Source: Bugula neritina
Lineage: Eukaryota > Animalia > Bryozoa
Reading direction: 5' to 3'
DNA length: 64,000 nucleotides
NCBI GenBank assembly: GCA_964035545.1
Contig: OZ037768.1
Location: 7,844,741-7,908,740, forward strand
How positions within the stretch are numbered: the stretch's first letter is position 1; every line of letters starts with the position of its first letter. Below are positions 12,439 to 64,000 of this stretch, one piece after another. The notes beneath the pieces were generated by a model. It was not told the origin of the DNA. It did no database searches and worked only from the letters and a program-made list of their open reading frames with translations. The position numbers were made by a program, and so were the translations under genes.

Positions 12439-14879
12439 ATGGGGCCTGCAGGTGATGGTCATCATGAACATGGGCTAAGCTTATCGTTATGGGTGAAAGG
12501 TGAACTGTTTACCTTTGGCACAGTAGCCGGTACACCCCATCCACGTCTGGGTTTTAGTAACATACGTAAAATGGTGACCTATTGTAAAAATAAAGGTATG
12601 AAATAAGCTGTGTATAGTTTGTTTTCTAATTTTTTATCAGCTGTTTTTACTGAACTTATATTTAAATTTAAAACTTTGCTATTGAAGGTGCCCAAGGTTT
12701 TCCATCTGTTCAATATTCCATATGGAAGCATATAGCTTGCAACAAACTTCAGCTGACAGAGGAAATTGCCTGGATGTACTTTGAGCAATACCACATGGTA
12801 GCTGGGGAGCTGTCTGCCTCAGAGCGGCTGGAAATGTTCCATCTCAGTTCTCAATCCGACCGATCTTCCACCAAACAGAAAATGAAGGCTGACACTTTAC
12901 AGTTTGTGCTCTTCCTATACATACAGCAGCTCCATAAGATATCTATAAAATCTTCACTTGTCACTGGAGATGAGTGGCCTTCGCGTACAAGGTCTCCTGA
13001 CCTGGAATCAGCTCGAACGGCTACTAGTGGGAAAAATCTTGATGAGAATTCTCACTTCACTTTTGTAATGCACCATCTCAATGATCTGATGGAGTTGATT
13101 ATAGACCCAGCTGGATCAGCTTTAACTGATGTTAATGCAAGCATAGAGGCAATTAGAGCTTTAGGATTTGTCATCGCTGCCTCAATTGATGGAAACAGGT
13201 AATAAATATTGTCTACTGACATCAAACACGTATATTATAAAAACATATACATAAAAATTATTCCGCACAGTATTGTATCAAACAACTTCAGATTTTTGTG
13301 ATATTGCGTGATTTAATGTAAAGTATTTGTGACACAATGTTGATGGTATGCAGTAGTAAAGTAATAGGGAAGTTGGCTCCTCTTGTTTTTCAATTTTTGG
13401 TTAAATAACCTTATGCCGTATTTTGCAACATTCCAGACCTCGTATAAATTATTCTAACTAAAACTTTTTTCATAAAGTTTGATTATGTTAGTTAGTTTTT
13501 TGCTTATAACTAAAGTCAAATCTGGCCTCAAAAAAATCTAGGCTGATACATTTTTACTAATTAGTTTTAGTTGATTAATCTTCTAGTATGTCTAGCATTG
13601 ATTTTATTATTTGTAGAACATTAACACCACTGGAAAAAGTAGCTATGCACCCATCAGTGGCTCCACACTCTGGCTATAATAAGGTGTGCACTCTCTGTTT
13701 AAGTTCTTTATTTGTTATATTTATCATTCTTTTGGGTTGATGTAGTGAAATGTAGGTTTTTGTTTTTAACATTTGATGAACAAATAGTATTCTGAGTTGC
13801 ATGCTTGTACCTAAAACATTTTTATATGTGCTGCCGGGTTTGAAGTGTAATTACGGTTGACTTTTACATATATCAGATGTAAACATTATGGCATGACTTG
13901 CTGTTTCCTTTTGCAGGATTCACAAACATTCCTATTTAAGGCTCTACATTCGTGGTTCAGATCTAACCTCACTCAGAGCCCATTTGGCATCTCATCTTGT
14001 ATTGGTAATGGCAAGCGTCTCTCTTGGCTGCCCATTGACACCACAACTGCTACTAAAAGGGGTAAAATCGGCACAAACGGCCATCTTGTTAGTCGGGAAT
14101 TTGTTAAAGGAAATAAGATAATAATAATGACTCAAGTTGGTAAGCAGATGGTTGCTAGAAGTTCTGGTACTCTGGAACAAGCTTATATAAAGATACACAG
14201 ATGCCAGTATAGCTACTTTTATCTTCTCTCTCCTCTAAGATCTGTGAGTATAGAAAAGTGTAAGAACATTACTGTGGTTCTGGGGCCAGTGGAGGTGGCA
14301 ATCATGATCTCTGGCTGTGAGAATATAACAGTTATAGCGCCATGTGGCCGTATAGTAATTGGCAACAGTTCTCTCTGCACTTTGAACCTTCTCACCCCTT
14401 GCCGCCCACTATTACTTCCTGGATGTGAGGCAATTAGCCTGGGTCCTTACAACACTTTCTACCCGAAGCTGGAAGATCACATGAAAAAAGTAATGATTCC
14501 GGCAACCATCAACCTTTGGGATCAGCCAGTTATGGCTGGCCATGACACACACGGAGAAAGCTCTTCAACCTGGTTTCTACTACCTCCCACGGATTTCTCA
14601 CAGTTTATCATACCTTTTGAGATGGAGGGGAAGACAACTTCTATACCCTTTCCCTTACCATCTGCTTATAAGAAGGCTTTGGATGTGAAGAACAAAGAAT
14701 ACAAACAGTGGCTTAAATCTGTCAATGAATCAACTCAGGATGTGGAAAAGAAGCAAAGTTTTCAAGCTTTAGTAGAGCAGCAGTTTCAAGAGTGGCTAGC
14801 AGAAACTGGTCATAAGAAGGAAATAGACGCTATCGTGCAGCATATTGATGGCAAATTCAAGTTTGATTCAAAGCGATAA
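12439..14879 (+). CDS. TBCCD1: TBCC domain-containing protein 1 (565 aa)
   Basis: Exons 12439-12595, 12688-13198, 13617-13683, 13917-14879 sum to 1698 nt in frame. Motifs LWVKGELF, WKHIACNKLQL, DTLQFVLFLYIQQL, KIHRCQYSYFYLLSPLRSVSIEKC and FIIPFEMEG match TBCCD1 and its C-CAP/TBCC beta-helix. Confidence 0.95.
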
Positions 14880-15253
14880 TGTATTGTATTTTTCACATTC
14901 TGTTTATAGAAACTGTAAACTTATTTTCCAGTTTTGTTTTTTTTACATGTTTCTAGCTTTAAAATTTAGACCTTTTCTGTTTTCATATTGATTTTTTTTT
15001 CAATTTTTAGGAGCAAAATATTTTCTGTGAGTGCTTGTGTTTGAGGCTTCATAATGTTTATATTAAATGTAAATATAGGCTATGTAACCATAAAAATGAA
15101 AAATTTATAAAATTCTCATTTCTTTGCTTCAACTTAAAAACTTTTCAGCTATATATTTTTGATGACTACTCAATAAATATGTACTATTACTAACTTGAAT
15201 AAAAAAATATCTTCAAGGATAGCTTTCACATTGCTTGACCTTGTTTCTAGCTA

Positions 15254-15547
15254 CTATATGAAATAGTTACTTCTTGCAAAGAACTTAACATAATATTTGT
15301 TGTAATACTGACTGAAGAGTAATTCGGTCTTTATGGCAGTTAATAGACTTTTATCAACCGGCTTGCTCAACAACAATTGACTTTGCACTTGAAGATACGA
15401 TAATAAATATAAATCTTCACACTCTGCTCTATGGGCATAGTGCAAGACAGTTATAATAATAGCTAAAACAATGGGAATCGTTAGAAGCAGCACATAGTTG
15501 GGGGGGGGGTCATTAAATTCGATGTTTGTATATACATAGTCCAAACT
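15254..15547 (-). other. Candidate small single-pass membrane ORF (unverified)
   Basis: ~97 open codons with hydrophobic stretch YVLLLTIPIVLAIIITVL. No ATG, upstream exon structure unresolved, no family recognised. Confidence 0.2.
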
Positions 15548-16500
15548 CTATAATATACCCCAAACCACGGGTTCAGGCGATTTCCTATCACAATAATGGA
15601 AGTATACTGACCATGCTGTATGCTGGTAAATTTGCATATTATATGTGTAATAATTAAATCTGGAGTTATTTTATAACTCCAGTTTATTACAGAAGATTTA
15701 TCAGTTAGTAAATAACCTCAGTGAAGGCATAATACACGCAGGCCTTGGCTCAAAGCTGCACTTTTTGGTGATACAAGGAGAACATATTATGCTAACTTAT
15801 TGATTTCTTTTATTTCTTTCCTTGTTGAATTTGTTTGATTCAGGTTAGTCTCAACTATCACTGCAACCCTCTAAAACAAAACAAGATTAAACTAAACCAT
15901 GATGTTCATAATATATCTAGCAAGTAGCAAATGTTTGAATAAAGCACATTTATACTTTTAACTGTTGTATAGAAATTTATGTCAAGATATTTGAAGAAAT
16001 AAAACATATTACTTTTTTAAAACCATATTTAAATCTGCTAATTTGTATGTAGGAGCTGCATGTATATAATAACAGTAACAAACTATAGCATTATAGAGCA
16101 ACTGGCATTATAGCAAACTTTATAATGCATATTGTGCATTATAAAAACTATTGAAACTAAATTAGTTAATTTTCTAAAACAGCAACAAACTTATAAGTTC
16201 AATGTTGAGAAGTTATGATTTTATAATGCTTGCTTTCTATTAGTATGCATATAATATTATGTAGCAACTGGCAACACTTTTTGACTTTAGAGTTGTGTTT
16301 TCCATCTCTGTTTATGACCATAGCACTACCAACAACTATGTAGTAAAAATTAAAGTTGCTGAAGATGTTAATAATTAGTGTTGCTAGGAAAATAACATAT
16401 TTTAAAGTTAATTTTTATCTCAATCGAACTATTTATTTTTCCACACAAACTGTACAACTAATAGTGTGCAACTAAACATGACTACATGAAGCTTGAACTA

Positions 16501-16630
16501 TAGTAGAAGTAGTCGCTTACACAATTTTGGTTCTGGTGTCTATTAAAATTCTTCAGAAAACATAAATTTTTTTCTACATTTCTAATCTAGAACACAGGCT
16601 TTTTCAATTTCTCCATTACAGCACCTACCT
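16501..16630 (-). mobile_element. MITE-like dispersed repeat family A, copy
   Basis: Reverse complement of AGGTAGGTGC..GTAATGGAGAAATTGAAAAAGCCTGTGTTCTAGATT, shared with the copies at 21154, 53155 and 59270. Confidence 0.7.
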
Positions 16631-17449
16631 TTTCTGAAAAAGGTAGGGATATAAAAGGCCTACTGCATGGGTCAATTCTTAATTTGAATTCAATAATTAT
16701 TCTAAATTTGAATTTGAATTCAACTTAAAAGGATGTTTCTTGTCCAATCACTCTATAATACTGTACCAGTTATATAGTTGGAAGAGCTAGGTGGATGGAT
16801 ATAAGACTGGGGTGTATAACAAATTTAAGGATTTGAAACTCATACAACTTGAATTAATTAAACTTAATTATTCAAATTCTGTCTGTTAGGAATAATTAGA
16901 CGTAGCTTTTTATATCGCCATGTTGTAATCCTTTTAAGCAAAGTTCAGCAACCACATTATTAAAATAAATAGTGAAATTCATCTCACCATCCCTTTGTCA
17001 AAGCATATTACCAAAGCTATGAGTACAGTTGCACCTAAAGTAGAAACAAAATATGACAGGTATTTGTCGTATGTAGGCTATACTTTGATTGACTTTTTAA
17101 ATTTTATCTTTGACACAGGAAACACTGCACTAGGTGTTGAGGTCACAAGTTCACTAAATATTTGGTTTCGGCAGTCAAATTTTTATTTAGAAACCGTATA
17201 GTTTATGGGAGGTGTCCATCACCCAACATCATTTATTTTCTACCACTACCATTGGCACATGTGGGTTGATGTCGTTGGCTGTTATTTTGTATAGGAGTTG
17301 TCTTTCTATTTGATTATGATTACGTCATGACCGCAACGAGTAAGCACATGGCCATTCACCATTGATTGAGCAGATAATAGTAACAGTAAAATATTATTAT
17401 GTTATTATTAGAGTGATACGCTGATCCGTTATTATTGTTATCGTGATTC

Positions 17450-17592
17450 GTATGCATGAATGGTGATTGGTCAAATTGGGTTCATTGTTAATAATTGACA
17501 AGTAGCTGCACTTGGTGGTTTATTTGAAGGAATTTCTTCAGGACAGAGGTTGTTTTGAGAGGGAGAGAACTAATATACTCTGTAATAATCAG
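17450..17592 (+). promoter_or_regulatory. Putative promoter / non-coding first exon of the MLCK gene
   Basis: Donor CAG/gtactt at ~17592 followed by triplet-periodic tracts like those beside the HERC1/TBCCD1 promoter. The first coding exon (26354) starts at an acceptor and needs an upstream exon. Confidence 0.4.
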
Positions 17593-20500
17593 GTACTTAA
17601 AAAATTAGTCTAGTTATAGCACTCAATTATAGACATGCTAGCTAAACACTTTAATTATAGGTTTACATTTCATTCTCATTCTGTGTAGATCTTTACAATT
17701 TGAGTTTACACTTACAGTTACAGTGTCACTCTCTATGAACTTTTGAAGTGCTGGTTAACTCTACACTCAATACTTGTACTTATAAACTTCAAATTCAACT
17801 TGCCTCAGTATTACTATTATAGTGTAAATGTGCCATTACGTTATCCTAAGCATTTAAAATTTTGAGTACTAAATTTAGCACTTGCTAGTAGTAGTTGGTA
17901 AGTTGTGCAACAAATTGAAATATTATTCACTTTTAATACTAATACAGTAATAACTACTAGTTACAATCTAAATCTGAATCACACTGTTGAAATATTCAAA
18001 AGTCATAATCATCATTACAATGATAATGATAATCAATTAAAAAGTAAGGTTGATACTCATAGTAAGTTCATGGTAACCCTAAGACCAAAGGCTAATAGCT
18101 TAGTATCATAATTATTGAAACAGAGCCGTTGGTTGTACTTGGTGTTATAATTTTCTTGTGACAGTAAGTGTTACCAATTGGAAAGTGTTGACATCCTGTT
18201 GGTGTTACTTTTAGGTGCAGAAAAGTTTATTTTTGCTTTTAGCCTATTAGTATTAGTATGTATATGAGTTTTAGTTTGGCATTTTGATTTGAACTGCAAT
18301 TGCTTTATTTTATCAGCAGACAACTCCGTACAATACAATTATCCAATAGAACTATGTAAGGCTAGTGAAAACTGCAGCTTTGCGCTCACAACAGTAACTG
18401 AGTATAGGTCTATAATCATAATGATGATGGTTGTTATCAAACTCAAAGACCAAGGTTTCAAAATGAAAAAGTGTAACAGCATTGAAAATAAATGCAACTT
18501 GGTAAATAAAATCTTAAAAGGTTTTACTTGAAATAAAATTTAAAATTAGGGTAATTTTTTTTTCATTGAAACAATAAGTATAACCCCATCAGCCATCATC
18601 AGGTAACGCTCTCGCCCAGTTATAGAAAAGTGGTGGGTTGCAGTAGGGCACCATCCCAATACATCTACATTTCTAATTCTAACTTTGCTAAATAGCAAGT
18701 TCACTAGCAAGTATACTGGCATAAACTTCGAATGGTGCTTTGTGTTTTATGATACATACAGTTTCATTGCAGTGTTCATTTAGAATCGGAGGTTTTCTTG
18801 GTTTTGACTATTGCTATTAGCTTTACTCTTTTACATATGGGTTTTTGTTTTATATTTTCTATCAATGCAAAACAAATACATTTCATTTGTTGACTAATCC
18901 AAACAAACCTAAATTTGTACTTATGAGTTATGAAACCACTATTTGATGGATTATATGTTAATCTTTAAAAGCTCTTAGGACTGCTTGATATCTCATGTTG
19001 AATTTATGTCTCTTGGCTTATAACACAGGTTGAATCTGCTGAATCTGAAAACCACAATTAGTGTTGGATATTAAGTAACTTTTTAAGTCACCAAACCTGC
19101 AATAACCTCACAGTGCTCTGGCTGCAATAGGTGTAAGCTATGACTTAACAACTCAACAACAGACATTCATAGGACAGGGCCCATTAAATCTTGACACTAG
19201 CAAAAGAGTGCTTTCGGGTCTCTGATGCCTCCATATTCTGAAATCCCTTTGGGAAGCTGCCATCTTCTTGCTTATTTACAAATTATCAGGTCCATGCAAA
19301 TAGATCTACAAAAGTAATTAACTCATTTCATGAGCTCTAAATAACCCTGACATCTAAATAACAATAGCAGTTTTGACATCTTTCACAACTCACACAATAA
19401 AGTGATGGAATCATGCGTTATTGATGACAACACATTCTCTCCATAAGTTTACAGTCATGTTATATTTGCTTGTTTAGTGTTTCCTTATCACACATGTTTG
19501 CTAAAACCATTATTTTTTTATCATTATTGCTTAATTGCTTGTTATTACCCGGGCAAGCCTACCTACTTAAACAGGGGGTAGACAGTCAGGTTTTATATAC
19601 TTTATATCTACTTGAACAATTGAAATAGACCTGTGGTTATAGCATATAACTACACTTCATAGATAGAGATATTCTCTCTACTTTTATGCTACTAACTCTA
19701 GGCATTTTCTAGCACTGAGACTCTTTCACGGTCTGTTGCCTATCTCACTCACCCTTTTATAAAAGGTCACTAATTTATTCTGTAACAGCAAGTTAAAACA
19801 AGCTTTCATGTTCACCAGCCAAGGACTATGCAATTATTTAGCAATAAACTGATCATTGGGGGTTTTTGTTACCAAATTTAGCTTTTTAAATTGCAATCAA
19901 TGTTTGCATGGGACAATATAAATGTGATTCAATATACTATTTTAGTGTACTATAATGCATCTTTTAAGCAGAAGGACAAGCATTATCAAAGCCTCATTTT
20001 CGAACATCTGTTACTTTAATTTAGAGTTGGGACCGTAAGCTTGTTTTTTTCATTCAAACGTTTTTTTCTTATCAATAATACGCTTAAAGTTGGTCAAAAT
20101 AGTGTAATTTATTATTTATGTGAAATACTATATTGTAATGATGGGACCCCATCTAGTAGACTGAAGAAATTCTTTCTAAATTGAATATTTAGGTTATGCC
20201 TACTAAAGCCACAATGCAGTGGTATGTACCTATTTATATTTGCTCACAATGGTAAGCTTTTCATTGTTGTATCAGTGAATAATCACTTATTGCAAAAGCC
20301 TATCTATTGATTTTGGTTGGTCATATAATAATAGAGGTTTATTGTTGGCCTGCTATGATTATAGTACTTTTGTCAGCTTGTTTACGTATGCAAAACGCAG
20401 ACAATCAATTTAGTTGATTTAACTGTAGAGTTATAGACAGGATAGGCTGGATGTCACTGCTTTTTGGTCAAAAGGTTAGCATTTATTGCCTGATTAGTTT

Positions 20501-20794
20501 GTAAATTATGCTATCAGTTTTATGTGCAAAGTTTTAAAAGTCTAACTTTTGCAAGACTCGGGAATGCTGTAACTGAGAGATTTTATATTGAAGCTATAAA
20601 TTTAATTGTAGTTTTTCTATTACTAAATACTTTAGTCTGTTTTTCCTCTAATGCTCTTGATAAACTGTTACCTTTTCTACAGAAAACTGTTTAACTGACA
20701 TCAAAATGCAGGTGTTCCAACTTTGACCCATGATTACACCATAATATGTCCAGAGATTAGAGGAGTTTTATATTTTTTAAGATAAATGTGCTAT

Positions 20795-21153
20795 GATTAA
20801 AGTTCTCAAACTCATCAGGTGGTACCTCTATAATTGTGCTGTTTACCTGTAGTTAATATACTACCCCTTATAACTAAAAGTTTGATATGCTTACCATGAC
20901 TTTACTACTTTATAGAATAGATAGGAGACTTTCTAATCGCTGCACCATTACTGCACCTACCTCCCTGTAGTTACATAAGAACTGCACTATGAGATTTCCA
21001 TGAAAAGCAATTAGAGAGTCTCCTATCTATTCTATAAAGTAGTAAAGTCATGGTAAGCATATCAAACTTTTAGTTATAAGGGGTAGTATATTAAACTACA
21101 GGTGAACAGCACAATTATAGAGGTACCACCTGATGAATTTGAGAACTTTAATC
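20795..21153. repeat. Long near-perfect inverted repeat (147/148-bp arms, 64-nt spacer)
   Basis: 20795-20941 is the reverse complement of 21006-21153 with only a few mismatches and one indel. Confidence 0.95.
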
Positions 21154-21300
21154 AGAGGTAGGTGCAGTAATGGAGAAATTGAGAAAAGCCTGTGTTCTAG
21201 ATTTGAAAATGTAGCAAAATATCAATCCACGCCCCAAGCCAAAATTTAATAATAAAATTAAAGATTTTAGGTTTTCACAATTTCTCTACTACTGCTCCTA
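21154..21300 (+). mobile_element. MITE-like dispersed repeat family A, copy
   Basis: agaggtaggtgcagtaatggagaaattgagaaaagcctg...aatttctctactactgctccta; imperfect terminal inverted repeats. Confidence 0.75.
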
Positions 21301-21540
21301 CGGTAGTGTATGTAGCTACAGGGTAGTGTGTGTAGCTACAGGGTAGTGTGTGTAGCTACAGGGTGGTGTGTGTAGCTACAGGGTGGTGTGTGTAGCTACA
21401 GGGTAGTGTGTGTAGCTACAGGGTGGTGTGTGTAACTACAGGGTGATGTGTGTAACTACAGGGTGGTGTGTGTAACTACAGGGTGATGTGTGTAGCTACA
21501 GGGTGGTGTGTGTAGCTACAGGGTAGTGTGTGTAACTACA
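21301..21540. repeat. 20-bp minisatellite, 12 copies
   Basis: Unit gggt(a/g)gtgtgtgta(g/a)ctaca repeated in exact 20-nt register. Confidence 0.95.
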
Positions 21541-24500
21541 GGATTTGTGGGGAATGCCATTGACTCATATTGGCCCATTAGGAAGCTTTATCATTTCAGT
21601 ATTATGACTAAATTATTATAAAATTCTATTAGTCACAACCAACACTTAAATTTTTGACACATTAGTGATGTTTACATAATGGGAGTAATCGATCCAGTCT
21701 CTTAACAATAAGTTGAAATTATTGTTGTCTTTTAGCGCCAATGAATGCATACCTCTTCATTATATTTGGTAGGCATTTCGTATCAGTGAACTCTGTGTAT
21801 ATAAAATTCATTGTGTTTAAATTCAATGACTTGAGTAATGAGATTACTTCAGCAAGCAAAGTTCTAGTTTATATAATAGGTGCAATTAAATGGGACAGGT
21901 ATGGGCAGGAATTTAGTAGCTAGTGCCTGGTAGTCGATTGGAATGCTTTGTCAGAGTCCTAATGGTCACCATTTATCTACTAAATGGTGACATTTCAGCA
22001 ACATTAAACCTGCTCAGTTTGAATCTCAATCTTAATTTTGCTGATTAGCCTTTGCCAAATTTCAAAACCTTGAGTTTATAGAATGTATTGCATAAATGTG
22101 GTTGATCTATAGAGCTGGCTGAATAATTTAAGCTAATTGTACAATATATATATCACGCCAATACACCTTCACCATTCATGGTAACACAGTTCCACTTTGT
22201 TTTCCGCTATCTTGGTTATATAATTTTGTCTTCAGAAATGCAACTCAGTAATAACTTCTCTTGAAGATCGTTATTTTTATGTTGAAATCAACTGTTGGTG
22301 TAATTGAAAGGTACCAACAATGCAGCTATATGCTACATATATTAACCAGCTAATACAATCACTATCATTGTATCTTTTTCTATGTCCCCCTACGCTATTA
22401 AAATTCCTTCACTGCTTTTATCAGCTTATGCGTGTATACTTAGAAAAATTAAACTATAACAGAGTGTTGGTTCTCACATTTCTACTTGAAATTAGGCTGT
22501 CCCAGTGATTAAACAAACGATGCAAATTTAACGGAAACACCACCAGGTCTGCTTTTAATTGCAAGAAATTCAGAAGAATTTGAATAATTTTTACAGAGCA
22601 CCAAATTTTCCAGGTCATTGGGGGTTGACAATTGATATTATGATAATTTATCAACTGCTAACCAGTTTACTAAAAACAATAAATAAACAATAATTATGTA
22701 AGTTTAATCAACATGAAATATCATTCCCTAAGACGTTCTGTTTGAAATCAATTTCACTGCACATTGCACTCTGTTGGTAATTTGGATTCTAAATAATTTT
22801 TAATAAACAACTTGATTGCTTTCAGTTTTTCAAGAACGTAAGAATTAGTTGATAACTTTCTTGAGGCCAACCTTTCTCATTTTACTGTAGTTTAGTCTTT
22901 AGACATATTTTCAATTTCTTAGGATGTATCTTTCATATTTCAAGCTGTTGCCCATGCATCCCATTCCCCACTGTCTACAGTGTGTTCAGAGTTGAAGGTT
23001 ATAATCCTTATAGGTATGCACATTGTGCAGTTTTCCTTCAGTAATTTAGTAGACAAACTGTGCATGACAAATACTATCTGGAATTCCATGGCAACCCCCA
23101 GAGGTAGTCTCCATACAATAGTGCTTAGCTTGAAGAATGTGCTCCATTGATTTATGAGATCTACAATCTACATTCACCTAATCTATATGCATCTAATGAT
23201 ATCATTCATTTGTCTCCAGAGATGTCAATGTAGTATAACATAATGTTTCAACACATTTCTGTACCTCTACAAATTAATTGCTATTTACTAAAAACAGTTA
23301 CTATATCTTTGATAATGAGAATGCAAGAGTCATTGCTATTTACTATTTACTGCTCTAAGTGTATGTGTAAACATTTTCAGTCAATATTGCTGTTTCATCT
23401 GTTCACCTTTGTTGTGTTTGCATACTAAAGTGCATAATAGTAAATATGCTGGTGACTACTTTTGTTTGCTCGTTTGACATGGTTAATTTGTATATGTACA
23501 AAGTCTAAACTTCATACAAATCTAGTATTTGTATTTTCCTTTCTGTGTAATTTAATAATCTAAAACACATTTGAAGTATGTTACACGATAGCCATCTTTA
23601 GTGCCATCACTACCTTACAGCTATATTCCCCACAAATTTACTGCTAACAAGCAGTTTAAATTTCAGGGCATAATTAATTTCAAAACATCAAAGCTTTTTA
23701 ATGACACAAGTGAAAATTAAGGTTTATTGGCTGATTAAACTTAAGCCTAAATAGTTTAAAATAGTCACAGAAAAGTAAGGCTGTGTTTGTTTGATTTTGA
23801 AATTTCACAAAATATAAACAGCATAAGAAGTTGTCTTACCTTTGTATCAAACTGAAATCCTAAACTCCCAATTACATATAGATGTAAGGCAAGCAAACAT
23901 TTAATTGCTTTAAATATTATGTACTTGAGTTTTTAATGTACGATCTATGCTTCAAAATTTACATATTTTGACAATTTCACCTTGGTAACACAGTGAACTG
24001 GTTAGTAAAGTAATTTTCTGTTGGTTTCGCTACTGCATTATTCAAGCTATTCAAGCGATTTGACAAAGAAATTTTCATAACCCAAGTTGTTTAATTTTAT
24101 TAATCAATTGCAGGTTGAAATTATTGATAAAACTTAACTTATTTGCTATATTTTTCATATAGAATACTGGCTTTTCTCCATTGCTACAGCTACTTCTACT
24201 GCTTCACACCTCTTTTTAATCAAAAGCTACAGATATTAAAATTGCTTTATATGCGTTTCAAAGAGTGTTTCTCGCCTTTGTTGATCTTGTTTATTAGTCT
24301 ACTTTGTATTAGATGCTCCTAGTTCTAGATAGTTGGGTGACCCAGAAATATGACACTTCACTACCATGTTTTGCTTTTGTAACAACATAGAATTTGGACT
24401 TGCCAAAAAAAATATTGTTGATCCTCCATTGTATTTTCCATGTCTGTCATTACATTCATTTATAGTTGGTATGAAAACATCATCAGACTTGACATGCTAC

Positions 24501-26358
24501 TATATAGAGGTTGCTGCTGTGTCTTTACTTTCCATTATCTTGTGTTGCTGTAGCCTATCAGCCCTGTTATAAATTGGTTAGAACAATATTTGTATGTCAC
24601 CTTGCAGAAAATACCTGCTTGCAAAGATCACTAATTACTGAAATATAAGCCACATTCCTTTTATAATAATATTAACACTTCAGCAAGTAACTAAATGCTA
24701 TTCAAAATAAATGAACCAGCAACTGTTTAATTACTGGAAAATAATTTCAATAGCTTGCAAATTGCTCCACACATTTTCCTCATTTTGGGAAGGGTCTGTG
24801 TTAAAAAGAACCCTAATAATGTTGGTTGTTGAAAATCAACTGTAAATTGTACTAGTTTTCTGAAGGCAAATAAACTAGTTTATACCAGAAGCGTCTCTTC
24901 CAGCTCTGCAGCAGCTGAAATTTCAATGCTGTCAGAAAATCTAGTACTGACAGATGTCACAAATACCTGCTAGCACCTGCTAGATTATATATTAATAGTC
25001 TAGTTTCCATAAGGCTTTTGGGAATAAATAAACTCTAACGGAAACAACTATTTGATCAACTAGTTACATTGATTGCAATAAATTAGGACAGTTATTACTC
25101 TTGATGGTAATAGAGTGATCAATCATTGATACTGAGCAACATTTTAGTTGGATTAACTAATGTGTTAAATGTGTCATCATCCAGTGTCTGTTCTTTACAA
25201 TTATAATTAGAGTTTGTAATAATCACACCTGTTTCTTTTATCATTCTTCACATCTGTCCATTTATTTGTGACACTTGATGTGGCTGCCCCATGTTTCAAA
25301 TTATCATGCAGATTTTACAATACTATGATTGAGAAACTTCTGGAAATTATAGAAGATCAATTTTTGTTGTTGAAAGGTTTTAAAATTTATTTTAGTGCCT
25401 AATTTCTGGTATAAAACTCAGCTAAACTTAAGCAAGTTTAATTAGTAGTTTGTCAAAGTAACAGCTGATCCTCAAATTTTGAATTCTAACAGGTCTAAAT
25501 TAATTTGAAATCGCCATAGAGACCAGTTTACATTATGAATTGGTTCCTTAAAAAATAGGCTGTTTTATCTTCACAAATATTTAAAAAGTTAGTCGAACTC
25601 AGCATATAACCAGAACTTAGCAAATGCTTCTGTACTTAATGAATACACAAAAATTTGCCTGCAAGAAGTTTACTTGCCATCTCACTGTAACTGTACGTTT
25701 GCAACAACTTAACCTTTCATAGAAGCATCCCAGGTCTTAACATAAACAATTTCTGGTCAGAAATTACAGATATAGGTTATAAAAGCTGTTTTTCATCATT
25801 TTTAGTAACCAGATACTTTATCAAGCCAAATGACTACTGAAATTGAAGGGCATCTAAAATTCTAGATTATTTTTTTATGTCAATGTTTGGGCATGAAGGA
25901 ATAACGGCAACATCAAGCACTGTGCATAGCAAATCTGTTGAGTTATAAAAAATTGGATTATTATGATGTATTTCATGGTTTTAGGTTTTACTTATGATCT
26001 GATCTGATGGTCTAAAGGGGTATTACAGAGCAGCTGAGTGCTAATCTATTCCCTTTTACAGAATTACTGCAATGGCCAGGTTAGTTGTGTGATAACTTGG
26101 CAACTCACTGCATTTTTATTTTTTAACTGAACTGTATGAAATTCTGGAATGAACAACTAGTTGGAATAATAACCCTGATTTGCATACTTCCATGTCATGA
26201 TTCTACTTTTGAAAAATATTTCCAGTTAATGACTATGCTATTGTGAGTAACCATTCTATAACTTTTTAATTGTATGAAATCATTCCAACCAAAGTTACTT
26301 GTTTATGTGTCATGACAAGGTGGTTTCCTGTACGCTGGAATTATTTTCTTTAGTCTGC

Positions 26359-64000
<37,642 letters not shown>

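Noticed and set aside
21301-21540. Regular repeat array resembling CRISPR
   Set aside because: Contiguous 20-bp units with no unique spacers, in a eukaryotic intron.

Overview
AT-rich, intron-rich genomic DNA from an invertebrate animal; nothing looks prokaryotic. I assembled three protein-coding genes by hand from GT-AG exons with consistent reading phase. (1) The 5' part of HERC1 is on the minus strand (18 coding exons, N-terminus plus first RCC1-like domain) and runs off the left edge. (2) A complete TBCCD1 (4 coding exons, 565 aa) lies head-to-head with HERC1. (3) A ~47 kb myosin light chain kinase gene (MYLK/Stretchin-Mlck-like: Ig domains, Fn3, kinase, calmodulin-binding helix, telokin-like Ig) runs off the right edge. 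The MLCK locus is the interesting part. It encodes ten tandem N-terminal half-Ig segments (strands A-A'-B only) ahead of a single C-to-G Ig core. It has a 6,006-nt in-frame extension controlled by two competing 5' splice sites. It has two alternative lipid-anchor-type N-termini, one MARCKS-like, and a candidate kinase-less terminal exon. A second stop-containing exon swaps the C-terminal half of the calmodulin-binding helix and sits in a TGCATG-rich intron. Also present are an intronic antisense tRNA-Ser(GCT), two tRNA-derived SINE copies, MITE-like repeats, two long hairpins, minisatellites and triplet-periodic tracts flanking probable promoters. All isoform claims are predictions from splice signals and phase; no transcript data were available, and homolog sequences quoted are recalled from memory, not searched.
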